From an uncultured Clostridia bacterium (GTDB taxonomy: Bacteria > Bacillota > Clostridia > Oscillospirales > CAG-382), in NCBI GenBank assembly GCA_947630765.1, contig CANRIX010000012.1, positions 12,129-76,128 on the forward strand: a stretch of 64,000 nucleotides of DNA, written 5' to 3'. Below, piece after piece: positions 8,057 through 17,417 of this stretch. Within the stretch, counting starts at the first letter, position 1; each line of letters opens with the position of its first letter. Made by a program: the position numbers and the translations under genes. The notes beneath the pieces are model-generated. The model saw nothing but the letters and a program-made list of their open reading frames with translations. It searched no databases and was not told the origin of the DNA.

Positions 8057-9982
8057 ATGAAAACAATGAGCAAAAAACAGCGGAAGATGCTGCTTCGCAT
8101 CCTCGTCGCGGGGGGGATATTCCTGCCGCTGCTGGTGCTGGAGATCATCGGCGTCAGCGAAGCGTGGCCGTGGTATATCGCGCTTCCGGTCCATGTAGTC
8201 CCGTACCTGATCGTCGGGTATGACGTGCTTCGGAAAGCGGTGCGGAATATCTGTCACGGGCAGGTATTCGACGAGAACTTCCTGATGTGCCTCGCGACGG
8301 TGGGCGCGATCGCCGTGCAGGAGTACCCGGAAGCGGTCGAGGTCATGCTCCTCTTCCAGATCGGCGAGCTTTTGCAGGGCGTCGCCGTCGGCAAGAGCCG
8401 CCGCTCGGTCAGCGATCTGATGGACATTCGCCCGGACTACGCGAACGTGGAGCGGGACGGCGAACTGCAAAGGATAGAGCCGGGCGACGTGCAGGTCGGG
8501 GAGATCATTCTTGTCAAGCCGGGCGAGAAGATCCCGCTCGACGGCGTCGTGGTCGAAGGGAACAGCAACCTCGACACGGCAACGCTGACCGGGGAATCCC
8601 TGCCGCGCCCGGTCGCGGCGGGGGACGAACTGATCTCCGGCTGCGTCAACATGAACGGGGCGCTCCGGGCACGCGTGACCAAGCCGTACGGCGAATCGAC
8701 GGTCGCACGGATCCTGGACCTGGTGGAGAACGCTTCCTCCGCGAAGGCGAAGAGCGAGGGGTTCATCACCCGGTTTGCGCGGTACTATACCCCGGCGGTG
8801 GTGGTGCTCGCGGTCCTGCTGGCGGTGGTCCCGCCGCTGTTCCTGGGCGATTGGTCGACGTGGGTGCGGCTCGCGCTGACCTGCCTTGTGGTCTCCTGCC
8901 CGTGCGCGCTGGTGATTTCGGTACCGCTGACCTTTTTCGCGGGCATCGGCGGGGCGGCTCGCAAGGGAATCCTCGTCAAGGGCGCGAACTGGCTGGAGGA
9001 ACTCGCCAAGGTGCAGACGGTCGTATTCGACAAGACCGGCACGCTGACAAGCGGTCGGTTCACGGTCACGGTCGTCCACCCGGACCATATGTCCGAGCAG
9101 GAGCTGCTTTCCCTCGCCGCGACGGCGGAATGCTACTCCGACCACCCGATCTCCCTCTCGCTTAAGCAGGCGTATAAGAAGGAGATCGACCGCACGCGGG
9201 TGTCCTCCGTCGAGGAGCTCGCCGGGCGGGGCGTCTGCGCGGTCATCGACGGAAAGCGGGTGCTGGTCGGCAACGAGCGGCTCATGGAGGAGCAGTCCGT
9301 CACGCGGACGCCCTGCTGTCACGGGCAGCACCGCGGCACGCTGGTGCACGTCGCGGTGGAGGGCGTATATGCCGGGCACGTCGAGATCTGCGACGAGCTC
9401 AAGCCGGACGCGATCGACACGATCCGTCTGCTGCGTCCGCGTAAAACCGTCCTGCTGACCGGCGACCACGCGACGGTCGGGGAGGAAGTCGCCGCCCGCC
9501 TCGGCGTCGACGAGGTGCATTGCGATCTGCTGCCGGCGGATAAGGTCGCCCGCGTGGAGGAGCTGCTGCGGCGCAAGAGCGCATCCTCCTCGCTCGCGTT
9601 CGTCGGCGACGGCATCAACGACGCGCCCGTGCTGTCCCGTGCGGACGTCGGGATCGCGATGGGGGCGCTCGGCTCGGACGCTGCCATCGAAGCGGCGGAC
9701 GTCGTGCTGATGGACGACCGGCCGTCGAAGGTCGCGACCGCGATCCGCGCGTCCCGTCGGACGCTGCGCATCGTGCGGGAGAACGTGGTGTTCTCGCTGG
9801 CCATCAAGATCGGCGTGCTTGCCGCGGAGGTCGTCATGACCATCGTCGGGCGCGAAAGCAATATGACGCTCGCGGCGTTCGCCGATGTGGGCGTGCTGGT
9901 GCTGGCGGTCCTGAACGCGACGAGAGCGTTACGGGTCAAACCGGCGGAAAAAATCCGCGAAAGGAAGGGGAAAACGGCTTGA
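8057..9982 (+). CDS. cadA: Heavy-metal-translocating P1B-type ATPase (Cd/Zn type)
   Basis: 641 aa. Motifs: CPC in a TM helix (VVSCPCALVISVP), DKTGTLT phosphorylation site, TGES-like LTGES, GDGINDAP hinge. Confidence 0.92.
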   Translation: MKTMSKKQRKMLLRILVAGGIFLPLLVLEIIGVSEAWPWYIALPVHVVPYLIVGYDVLRKAVRNICHGQVFDENFLMCLATVGAIAVQEYPEAVEVMLLFQIGELLQGVAVGKSRRSVSDLMDIRPDYANVERDGELQRIEPGDVQVGEIILVKPGEKIPLDGVVVEGNSNLDTATLTGESLPRPVAAGDELISGCVNMNGALRARVTKPYGESTVARILDLVENASSAKAKSEGFITRFARYYTPAVVVLAVLLAVVPPLFLGDWSTWVRLALTCLVVSCPCALVISVPLTFFAGIGGAARKGILVKGANWLEELAKVQTVVFDKTGTLTSGRFTVTVVHPDHMSEQELLSLAATAECYSDHPISLSLKQAYKKEIDRTRVSSVEELAGRGVCAVIDGKRVLVGNERLMEEQSVTRTPCCHGQHRGTLVHVAVEGVYAGHVEICDELKPDAIDTIRLLRPRKTVLLTGDHATVGEEVAARLGVDEVHCDLLPADKVARVEELLRRKSASSSLAFVGDGINDAPVLSRADVGIAMGALGSDAAIEAADVVLMDDRPSKVATAIRASRRTLRIVRENVVFSLAIKIGVLAAEVVMTIVGRESNMTLAAFADVGVLVLAVLNATRALRVKPAEKIRERKGKTA

Positions 9983-11301
9983 AAACCGTCAAATTACGGG
10001 GGATTTCTCTGCTCGCACTGCTGCTTGCGCTGCTGCTCTGTCTGCGGGGCCTGCCCGTGCTGCACGTCGCGAATCGGACGCTTACGAAGCGGGCGGACGC
10101 GGTGCTGGAGGCTCTGGGGGCGGAATTGCCGCCGGACGTGGACCAGGCATTCCTGCAATACGTCGGGAAAACCTACGGCGCGTTCGTGCTGGACGAACTG
10201 GCGGAAAAAGCGACTTATACGGACGGCGTATGGGACGAGCTGACCGGGAATTCCCTGCACGTCCTGCGTTCGCTGTACCGCGAGGAACCGACGAAAGCGA
10301 ACAACGTCCGCCTGCTCAGCGCCGGGAAGCGCGGGACGCGGAAAACCACCGTCATGACCTTCGGCGGGGACATCTGCTTTGCGGATAACTACGTGGTCAT
10401 GCAGCACCTGAAAACCACGGAAAACGGGCTGTTCGACTGCATCGACCCGCGCTGGGCGGACGAAATGCGGGCGGCGGACATCGCCGTGCTCAACAACGAA
10501 TTCACCATCTCCGACCGGGGCGCACCGCTCTCCGGCAAGATGTACACCTTCCGGGCGGACCCGGCGCATACGGCGCTCTACGGCGAACTCGGGGTGGATT
10601 TCGTCACCCTCGCAAACAACCACGCCTACGATTTCGGGCGGGACGCGTTTCTCGACACCATGGACTCCCTGCGGGAGAACGGCGTGGATTACGCGGGCGG
10701 CGGACGGAACGCCGCGGAAGCGCAAAGACCTTTCTACTACCTCGTCAACGGGCGAAAGATCGCGTTCGTCTCCGCGACGCGTGCGGAAAAGAACATCATG
10801 ACCCCGGAAGCGGGGCCGGATTCCCCCGGCGTGTTCCGCTGTTACGACCCGGAACGGCTCAAGCAGGTCCTCGCGGAGGCGAAGGCGTGCAGCGATTACG
10901 TCGTGCTGTTCGTCCATTGGGGGACCGAACACACCGACGTGCTCGAGCCGGTCCAGAAGTCCACCGCCCACGATTACATTGACGCCGGGGCGGACCTGAT
11001 CGTCGGCGCCCACGCGCACCAGTTGCAGGGCATCGAGTTCTACAAGGGAAAAGCAATTTTCTACAACCTCGGAAACTTCTGGTTCGACGATTATGACGAC
11101 GTCGACACCGGGCTGGTCCGTTTGGAGCTTTCGCCGGACGGCGGGGAGGCCTTTCGGTTCCTGCCGGGCGTGCAGACCGGCTGCGAGACCTCCTACGAGC
11201 TTGGGACTGCACGGGGGCGCGAGGTGCTCGACCGCATCGCGGGCTACCTGCCGGGCATCCGCATTGACGACGACGGGCGGGTCACGCCCGCAGAACCGTA
11301 A
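9979..11301 (+). CDS. CapA-family (PGA_cap metallophosphatase-like) membrane-anchored protein
   Basis: 440 aa. The TTG start overlaps the cadA stop (GCTTGA); there is no in-frame ATG nearby. N-terminal anchor KTVKLRGISLLALLLALLLCL. CapA motifs: MTFGGDICF, TLANNHAYDFG, VHWGTEH, GAHAHQLQG. Confidence 0.8.
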   Translation: MKTVKLRGISLLALLLALLLCLRGLPVLHVANRTLTKRADAVLEALGAELPPDVDQAFLQYVGKTYGAFVLDELAEKATYTDGVWDELTGNSLHVLRSLYREEPTKANNVRLLSAGKRGTRKTTVMTFGGDICFADNYVVMQHLKTTENGLFDCIDPRWADEMRAADIAVLNNEFTISDRGAPLSGKMYTFRADPAHTALYGELGVDFVTLANNHAYDFGRDAFLDTMDSLRENGVDYAGGGRNAAEAQRPFYYLVNGRKIAFVSATRAEKNIMTPEAGPDSPGVFRCYDPERLKQVLAEAKACSDYVVLFVHWGTEHTDVLEPVQKSTAHDYIDAGADLIVGAHAHQLQGIEFYKGKAIFYNLGNFWFDDYDDVDTGLVRLELSPDGGEAFRFLPGVQTGCETSYELGTARGREVLDRIAGYLPGIRIDDDGRVTPAEP

Positions 11302-11313
11302 AAACGCAAAAAA

Positions 11314-11356
11314 GGCGACCGATTTGCCGCGAAAGCGGTCGGTCGCCCCTTTTTTT
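11314..11356 (+). terminator. Rho-independent terminator after capA
   Basis: GGCGACCGA (11314-11322) pairs with TCGGTCGCC (11339-11347), followed by CC and TTTTTTT (11350-11356). Confidence 0.85.
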
Positions 11357-11389
11357 ACAAATTTTTTACGGCGAACGGGGGAAAATCGG

Positions 11390-11418
11390 TTGCAATTCCC
11401 GAAGGAATGTGCTATAAT
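11390..11418 (+). promoter_or_regulatory. Sigma-A-type promoter of the CotH/VTC/DUF4956 operon
   Basis: TTGCAA (11390-11395), 17 nt, TATAAT (11413-11418) preceded by TGc (extended -10). It sits directly after the capA terminator. Confidence 0.7.
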
Positions 11419-11485
11419 ACACCGTCTTTGGACCCTTTGGGATTTCTTGGGATCTTTGCGGAATGCGGAGGGAGGTTCGTCGCAC

Positions 11486-14400
11486 ATGTGGAAAAAGCAG
11501 GAAGCGAAAATCATTCTGCTCGTCGCGGTCGCTTTGCTCGCTGTCGTCGCCGTCGGTCTGGCGGTCGATCGGTACCGCACCGTGACGGACGTCGTTCCGG
11601 GGGAAGTGGAAGAGGTGGACCTGCTCATCACGGAGGTCTGCGCGAAGAACACGTCCATCGTGGAGGATAACGGCGGAAAACACGCCGATTATATTGAGAT
11701 CTACAATCGCGGAAACGACTGCGACCTCGAGGGCTTTACCCTCTCCGACGGCAAGCAGACGTCCGAGCCGTTCGGTCCGACGCCGTTCGCGAGCGGGGAG
11801 TACAAGGTCTTTTTCGTCGGATGGGACAGCATGGGCTTTTCCCTTTCCGCGTCGGGTGGGGAGACGATTACGCTGCGCAACCGCGACGGGTCCGTCGCGG
11901 CGCAGGTGACGACGGTCTCCATGCTGGAGGACCAGGTCATGCTCTGGAACGGGGCGGGCTACGAGCTGTCCGACACCCCCTCCCCCGGCTTCCCGAATAC
12001 GAGGGAGGGCAGCCTCGCGTTCACGCAGGGCGAGCCGGACGAAAACCCGTCCGTGACCGTCAGCGAGCTGCTCGTCAGCAATCGGAGCTCGCTCCCGGAC
12101 GAAAACGGTGTCTTTTGCGACGTCGTGGAGCTTTGCAACCTGACGGACGCGCCGGTTTCGCTGGGCGGGTATTACCTGTCCGACCGAAAGGAGAACCGCT
12201 TCCGCTACGCCCTGCCGTCGGTGACATTGCCGGTCGGCGGATATTTCGTCGTGTTCTGCGACAGCGGTTCGGCGGATTCGTCGGACCAACCGCACGCGGG
12301 CTTCGGGCTGTCCGTCGGGGAAACGCTGTATTTGACTTCGCCGAGCGGAAAATACGTTTCGGTCGAGGTGCCGAGCCTGCCGGACGACCGTTCGCTTTCG
12401 CTGGCGGACGGCGACTACGCCGAAAGCCCGGTCACGCTTGGATTTCCCAACGACGAAACGGGGGAAGCGGCCTTCCTGAACAGCCGCATCGACGCGGATT
12501 CCCCGCTGGTCATCAGCGAACTGCTGCTCGCGGGTGACGGCACGCCGGTCGGCGGCGCGCTTTGCGACGCGGTCGAGGTCTATAACCGTTCCGCCGAGCC
12601 GGTGGATACGACCGGCTGGCACCTGACCGACGGCGAGGATCTGCTTCGCTACGCCTTGCCCGCCCGCACGCTCGCGCCCGGGGAGTACCTTGTGCTGTAC
12701 TGCGACCGGCAGAGCGGAGAGGGGCATACGGGCTTTGGGCTGTCCGTCGGGGAGACGGTGCGGCTGGTCTGCCCGGATTTTCGGTACAGCGAGCCGGTGA
12801 CCTGCGTTTCCGCCGGGGACGGCAAGTCCCTGCGGCGGGAGGAGGACGGTGGCGAGGTCGCCTATCGTTCCGGCGAGGTCACGATGGGCTTTGCGAACAC
12901 GGAGGACGGCGCGAAGCAGTTCGCTTCGTCCGTTTCGCCGGCGGAGCTGCGCATCTCGGAAGCGCTTGCGAGCAACACCAAGACCCTCAAAGGCCCGTAC
13001 GGCACCTGCTGCGACTGGGTGGAGCTACTCAACGTTTCCGACCAGCCGATCGACCTTTCGGGGTGGTATCTGTCCGACGACCCGGACGAGCTGCGGCAGG
13101 GGGCGCTTCCCGCCGAGACCATCGCACCGGGCGAATATTTCGTGGTATTCCTGAGTAAAACGACCGAGAACCTGCTTTCCGGCTACCCGGTCCTGCCGTT
13201 CGCGCTCTCCTCGGAGGGCGACCGGCTCTACCTGTCGCACGAGAGCGGCGGGACGCTGACCGTGGCGGACAGCGTCGTGCTTCCCGGTCTGCCAGCGGAT
13301 ATTTCCTACGGCCGCCCGCGCGGGGAGGACGGATTTTCCGCCCTCGCCGAACCGTCTCCCGGAAGCGCGAACGGCGCTTCCGCCGCGCTGTCTGCAGCGC
13401 CGACCGCCGTGACCGCGCAGGGTGTCTATAACGGCGTCGACGGGCTGGACGTGGTGCTGACCGGGCCGGGACCCATTTATTACACGCTTGACTGCTCCGA
13501 ACCGACGGTTTCTTCGCCGGTGTTCGGCGGGAGCATTCGCCTGACGAAAACCACGGTCGTCCGCGCGATCTGCTGCGAACCGGGCAAGATGCCCAGCCGC
13601 ACCGTCGACCTGACCTACCTGCTCAACGAGGGGCATACCCTCCCGGTCGCGACACTGGTGACGACGCCGGAGAACCTGTGGGACTACTACACGGGCATCT
13701 ATGTGGAGGGACCGGGCGCGGAAGCGGAATTCCCGCACGTCGGGGCGAATTACTGGCAGCCGTGGGAGAAGGAAGCGACGGTCTCGCTGTTTGAGCCGGA
13801 CGGCGGCGGATTCACCTCCCCTTGCGGGATCCGCATCTTCGGGGCGTATTCCCGTGCGTTGGCGATGAAGTCGTTTTCCTGCTTTTTTCGGGCGTCCTAC
13901 GGAAACTCCGCCCTGCGGTACCCGCTGTTCGGGGAGGACGGGCTGGACACATACGAGGCGTTTCTGTTCCGCAATACCGGGCAGGACTACGCCAAAGCGC
14001 GGATGCGCGACCCCCTGCTTGCCGACCTCATCTCGCGGGAGACCGACGTCGCGGTCCAGAAGAACCGCCCGGTCGTGCTCTATCTGAACGGCGAATTCTG
14101 GGGGGTTTACTATATTCGGGAAAAAATCAACGAAAATTACGTCGCCGGGAACTACAATGTCGACCAGGATCAGGTGGACCTGACCCGTGCCAACGGCACG
14201 ACCAGCAAGGCGTATCAGGAACTGATCTCCTACGTGCGCGGACACGACCTTTCCAATCAGGAAGCGTACGATTACGTCGCTTCGCAGGTGGACATCGACG
14301 AGTATATTGATTACATCATCGCGGAGATCTACATCGCCAACACCGACAACGGCAACATCAAGTTCTTCCGTGCGACCGGGGGCAAGTGGACGTGGATCTT

Positions 14401-14806
14401 CTACGACGTCGACCAGTCCTTCCGCTCGGCGGACTTCAATACGGTCGCCGAACACCTCAACCCGAACGGCACCGGCTCGATGGACCGATTCTCGACCGCC
14501 CTGATCAACGGACTTTTGCGCAATTCCGGCTTTCGCGAGCAGTTCCTGCGCCGGTTCGCGTGGCAGATGACGAACGTGTGGGCGGCGGACAAGGTGGTCG
14601 CCGCGATCGACGCCTATGAGCAGGCGATCCTGCCGGAGATGCAGCGGGACTGCGAGCGCTGGGACTTGAGCTTTTCGGACTGGCAGGCGCAGGTCGAGGG
14701 CGTGCGCAGCTTCGCGCGGCGGCGCGGACAGTACGTTCTTTCCCATTTGAAGGCGTATTTTTCGCTTTCGGAGGACGATCTGTGGACATACGGGTTCCCC
14801 GTTTGA
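11486..14806 (+). CDS. Membrane-anchored CotH-family atypical kinase with four lamin-tail (LTD) modules
   Basis: 1106 aa. ATG at 11486 after GGAGGGAGG; the ORF-track start at 11093 is a shadow over capA. Single N-terminal TM (IILLVAVALLAVVAVGLAV). Four LTD-like repeats are followed by a YYTLD..GSIRL chitobiase-C-like module. C-terminal CotH region: FLFRNTGQDY..LYLNGEFWGVYYIREK..FYDVDQSF. Confidence 0.85.
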   Translation: MWKKQEAKIILLVAVALLAVVAVGLAVDRYRTVTDVVPGEVEEVDLLITEVCAKNTSIVEDNGGKHADYIEIYNRGNDCDLEGFTLSDGKQTSEPFGPTPFASGEYKVFFVGWDSMGFSLSASGGETITLRNRDGSVAAQVTTVSMLEDQVMLWNGAGYELSDTPSPGFPNTREGSLAFTQGEPDENPSVTVSELLVSNRSSLPDENGVFCDVVELCNLTDAPVSLGGYYLSDRKENRFRYALPSVTLPVGGYFVVFCDSGSADSSDQPHAGFGLSVGETLYLTSPSGKYVSVEVPSLPDDRSLSLADGDYAESPVTLGFPNDETGEAAFLNSRIDADSPLVISELLLAGDGTPVGGALCDAVEVYNRSAEPVDTTGWHLTDGEDLLRYALPARTLAPGEYLVLYCDRQSGEGHTGFGLSVGETVRLVCPDFRYSEPVTCVSAGDGKSLRREEDGGEVAYRSGEVTMGFANTEDGAKQFASSVSPAELRISEALASNTKTLKGPYGTCCDWVELLNVSDQPIDLSGWYLSDDPDELRQGALPAETIAPGEYFVVFLSKTTENLLSGYPVLPFALSSEGDRLYLSHESGGTLTVADSVVLPGLPADISYGRPRGEDGFSALAEPSPGSANGASAALSAAPTAVTAQGVYNGVDGLDVVLTGPGPIYYTLDCSEPTVSSPVFGGSIRLTKTTVVRAICCEPGKMPSRTVDLTYLLNEGHTLPVATLVTTPENLWDYYTGIYVEGPGAEAEFPHVGANYWQPWEKEATVSLFEPDGGGFTSPCGIRIFGAYSRALAMKSFSCFFRASYGNSALRYPLFGEDGLDTYEAFLFRNTGQDYAKARMRDPLLADLISRETDVAVQKNRPVVLYLNGEFWGVYYIREKINENYVAGNYNVDQDQVDLTRANGTTSKAYQELISYVRGHDLSNQEAYDYVASQVDIDEYIDYIIAEIYIANTDNGNIKFFRATGGKWTWIFYDVDQSFRSADFNTVAEHLNPNGTGSMDRFSTALINGLLRNSGFREQFLRRFAWQMTNVWAADKVVAAIDAYEQAILPEMQRDCERWDLSFSDWQAQVEGVRSFARRRGQYVLSHLKAYFSLSEDDLWTYGFPV
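11621..13320 (+). repeat. Four tandem lamin-tail-domain (LTD)-like coding modules inside the CotH gene
   Basis: Modules start near 11621, 12053, 12503 and 12943. Each has the pattern [IV]SE[VL]...D.[VI]E[IL].N..d..[VI]dL.G[FWY].L[ST]D...(f)..lP...l.pGey.V.f, for example LITEVCAKN..DYIEIYNRGNDCDLEGFTLSDG and RISEALASN..DWVELLNVSDQPIDLSGWYLSDD. Confidence 0.7.
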
Positions 14807-14825
14807 ACCGGAAAGGAGCATTCGC

Positions 14826-15500
14826 GTGGCAACCAGACACGAGGAGAAGTTCCTCATCGACTACCGGCAGTACGTCCTGCTCCGCAGCCGTGCGGAAGCG
14901 GCGATGCGGCCGGACGAGCACGCCCCGGACGGGAGCTACCTGATCACGTCGCTCTACTATGACGACCGGCAGGACAGCGCGCTGGACGAAAAGCTGGACG
15001 GCGTGCGGGTGCATACGAAGTACCGCGTGCGGACCTATGGCGCGGACGGGGACTTCATCCGGCTGGAACGCAAGGTCAAGCGCGGGATCATGACCGAAAA
15101 GCACAGCACGTCCCTGCAGAGGGAGCAGATCCCCCTGCTGAGCGACCCAGCGACGGCGCTCGGAACCTTCTCTGGGCGGGGATTGGTGATGGCGGCGGAC
15201 ATGCGCTCGCGCGGGCTGCTGCCGTCCGTGACCGTCCGCTACCGGCGGGACGCGTTCGTCTACCCCGGGACCGACACCCGCCTGACGTTCGACACGCACG
15301 TTGAAGCGCTTCCGCCGACGGCGGAGCATCTTTTCGACGCGTCCGGCGCGGGCATTCCCGCCCTGCCGCCGCAGACCGTGGTGATGGAGGTCAAGTACGG
15401 GGAGTACCTGCCCGCGTTCGTGCGAAAGCTCAGCGCCGTCTGCGGCGGGATGCAGCTTTCCGTTTCCAAATATGCGCTTTGCCGTGCCGTATGGCACTGA
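14826..15500 (+). CDS. VTC-domain (polyphosphate-polymerase-like, CYTH-like tunnel fold) protein
   Basis: 224 aa. GTG lies 7 nt after AAGGAG. N-terminal RHEEKFLI..Y and alternating basic/aromatic strands (ITSLYYDD, TKYRVRTYG, IRLERKVK, MEVKY) are typical of bacterial VTC-domain proteins. No signal peptide or TM. Confidence 0.75.
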   Translation: MATRHEEKFLIDYRQYVLLRSRAEAAMRPDEHAPDGSYLITSLYYDDRQDSALDEKLDGVRVHTKYRVRTYGADGDFIRLERKVKRGIMTEKHSTSLQREQIPLLSDPATALGTFSGRGLVMAADMRSRGLLPSVTVRYRRDAFVYPGTDTRLTFDTHVEALPPTAEHLFDASGAGIPALPPQTVVMEVKYGEYLPAFVRKLSAVCGGMQLSVSKYALCRAVWH

Positions 15501-15527
15501 ATCTGAAGAGAAAGGAAAACAATCGTC

Positions 15528-16196
15528 ATGAGTTTTGCGGATACGATCAAAAAAAGCGTTCTGGAGGGGTTCCAATCGGACATCAGCGCGACCCGCGTGG
15601 TGCTGTCGCTGCTGTTTTCGTTGCTCGCGGCGCTCTTTATCCTGCTGATCTACCGGCTGACGATGCGGGGCATCGCCGCCAGCCGCGGTTACGAGATCAC
15701 GCTGCTTCTGGTGACGTCGATCAGCGCCATGATCGTGCTGACGATCACGTCCAACCTCGCGCTGTCGCTCGGCATGGTCGGTGCGCTCTCCATCGTGCGC
15801 TTTCGCACGGCGCTGAAGGAATCGTCGGACACGGCGTTCATGTTCTGGTGCGTCGCTGCGGGGATCACGTCCGGGGCGGGCTTCTACCTGATCACGCTTA
15901 TCGGCTGCCTGTTCATCGGGCTGGTCGCGCTCATCGCGTCGCGACTGACCCGCAACGGGACGCGGCCGTACCTGCTCGTGATCCGCACGGAAGCGGAAAA
16001 CACGGCGGCAAGCGTCGAAAAGCTGCTCGCGGAGAACCACGTCCACCGTCGCCTTTCCTCCCTCGTGCAGAACGACCGCTACGCGGAGATCATCTACGAG
16101 ATCAGCGTTTCCGCCGCCCAGCAGCGCCTGGTCGCCGCCGTCCGTACCCTGCCGGGCGTGACGACGGTTTCCCTCGTGGATTGCCGGAATTCCTGA
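15528..16196 (+). CDS. DUF4956-family integral membrane protein
   Basis: 222 aa. Several TM helices and the conserved LSIVRFRTALKESSDTAFMFW stretch, followed by a soluble C-terminal tail. It starts 27 nt after the VTC gene. Confidence 0.7.
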   Translation: MSFADTIKKSVLEGFQSDISATRVVLSLLFSLLAALFILLIYRLTMRGIAASRGYEITLLLVTSISAMIVLTITSNLALSLGMVGALSIVRFRTALKESSDTAFMFWCVAAGITSGAGFYLITLIGCLFIGLVALIASRLTRNGTRPYLLVIRTEAENTAASVEKLLAENHVHRRLSSLVQNDRYAEIIYEISVSAAQQRLVAAVRTLPGVTTVSLVDCRNS

Positions 16197-16218
16197 CGGA
16201 AAAATTTCCGTTCGGTGA

Positions 16219-16247
16219 TTGACAGGGCGTATTCGGCGTGGTATACT
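16219..16247 (+). promoter_or_regulatory. Sigma-A-type promoter upstream of the OadB-like gene
   Basis: TTGACA (16219-16224), 17 nt, TATACT (16242-16247). A small ACGGAAA/TTTCCGT hairpin at 16197-16213 precedes it. Confidence 0.6.
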
Positions 16248-16303
16248 AAAAGAAAGGAAAACCAAAACGAATCCTGCCGAATGCAGGGGAGGAAGGAAAA
16301 ACC

Positions 16304-17404
16304 ATGCAGTTTCTCTACGAAACCGCCGCCCAGCTCACGTGGCAGCATCTGGTGATGTTCGTCATCGGCGGCGTGCTGATTTTCCTTGCGATCAAGAAGG
16401 ACATGGAGCCGACGCTGCTTCTGCCGCTCGGCTTCGGGACGCTGCTCGTCAACATCCCGAATGTGGACGCGATCCTGCCGAACGGCGCGCTGACGACGCT
16501 CTACAACGCCGGGATCGCCAACGAGCTGTTCCCGCTGCTGCTGTTCATCGGGATCGGCGCGATGATCGACTTCGGACCGCTGCTGTCGAATCCGAAGCTG
16601 ATGCTGTTCGGCGCGGCCGCGCAGTTCGGCATCTTCTTCACGCTCTGCACCGCTTCCATGTTTTTTGACCTCAAGGACGCCGCTTCCATCGCCGTCATCG
16701 GCGCCGCGGACGGGCCGACGTCGATCTTCGTCGCCAATACGCTCGGCAGCCAGTACACCGGCGCGATCATGGTCGCCGCCTATTCGTATATGGCGCTCGT
16801 GCCGATCATCCAGCCGCCGTTCATCCGGCTGCTGACGACCTGCAAGGAGCGCATGATCCGCATGCCGTACCAGCCGAAGGAGGTTTCCAAGCGGACGCGC
16901 ATCCTCTTCCCGATCGGGATCTTCCTGCTGACGGCGCTGGTCGCCCCGTCCGCCGCTTCGCTGGTGTTCTTCCTGATGTTCGGCAACCTGATCCGCGAAT
17001 GCGGAGTGCTCAATTCCCTGTCGGAAACGGCGCAAAAGGTGCTCGCGAACCTCGTGACCATCGTGCTGGGCATCTCCATCGCGACGCAGATGCAGGCGGA
17101 GAGCTTCCTGCGCCCGGAAACGCTGCTGATCCTCGGGCTGGGGCTGTTCGCGTTCATCTTCGACACGGTCGGCGGCGTGCTGTTCGCAAAGTTCCTCAAT
17201 CTGTTCCTGAAGAAGAAGATCAACCCGATGATCGGCGCGGCGGGCATCTCGGCGTTCCCGATGTCCGGGCGGATCGTCCACAAGATGGGGCTGAAGGAGG
17301 ACCCGCAGAACTTCCTGCTGATGCATTCCATCGGCGTCAACGTCTCCGGGCAGATCGCGTCCGTCATCGCCGGCGGGCTGATCCTCAGCCTGATCCCGCA
17401 TTAA
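16304..17404 (+). CDS. Sodium-ion-translocating decarboxylase, beta subunit (OadB/GcdB/MmdB family)
   Basis: 366 aa polytopic membrane protein. N-terminus LTWQHLVMFVIGGVLIFLAIKK..EPTLLLPLGFG. Conserved segments: IGAADGPTSIF and INPMIGAAGISAFPMS. Confidence 0.9.
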   Translation: MQFLYETAAQLTWQHLVMFVIGGVLIFLAIKKDMEPTLLLPLGFGTLLVNIPNVDAILPNGALTTLYNAGIANELFPLLLFIGIGAMIDFGPLLSNPKLMLFGAAAQFGIFFTLCTASMFFDLKDAASIAVIGAADGPTSIFVANTLGSQYTGAIMVAAYSYMALVPIIQPPFIRLLTTCKERMIRMPYQPKEVSKRTRILFPIGIFLLTALVAPSAASLVFFLMFGNLIRECGVLNSLSETAQKVLANLVTIVLGISIATQMQAESFLRPETLLILGLGLFAFIFDTVGGVLFAKFLNLFLKKKINPMIGAAGISAFPMSGRIVHKMGLKEDPQNFLLMHSIGVNVSGQIASVIAGGLILSLIPH

Positions 17405-17417
17405 GGAGGTGCTGGTC

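Noticed and set aside
4885-16265. Series of long antisense ORFs (4885-6438, 5940-7397, 8021-9520, 9994-11658, 11366-12727, 13025-14857, 14505-16265; also 16094-17419)
   Set aside because: Each lies opposite a confidently identified gene (pgk, tpiA, cadA, capA, cotH, VTC/DUF4956, oadB). All show the same Arg/Gly/Pro/Asp-rich shadow-frame composition.
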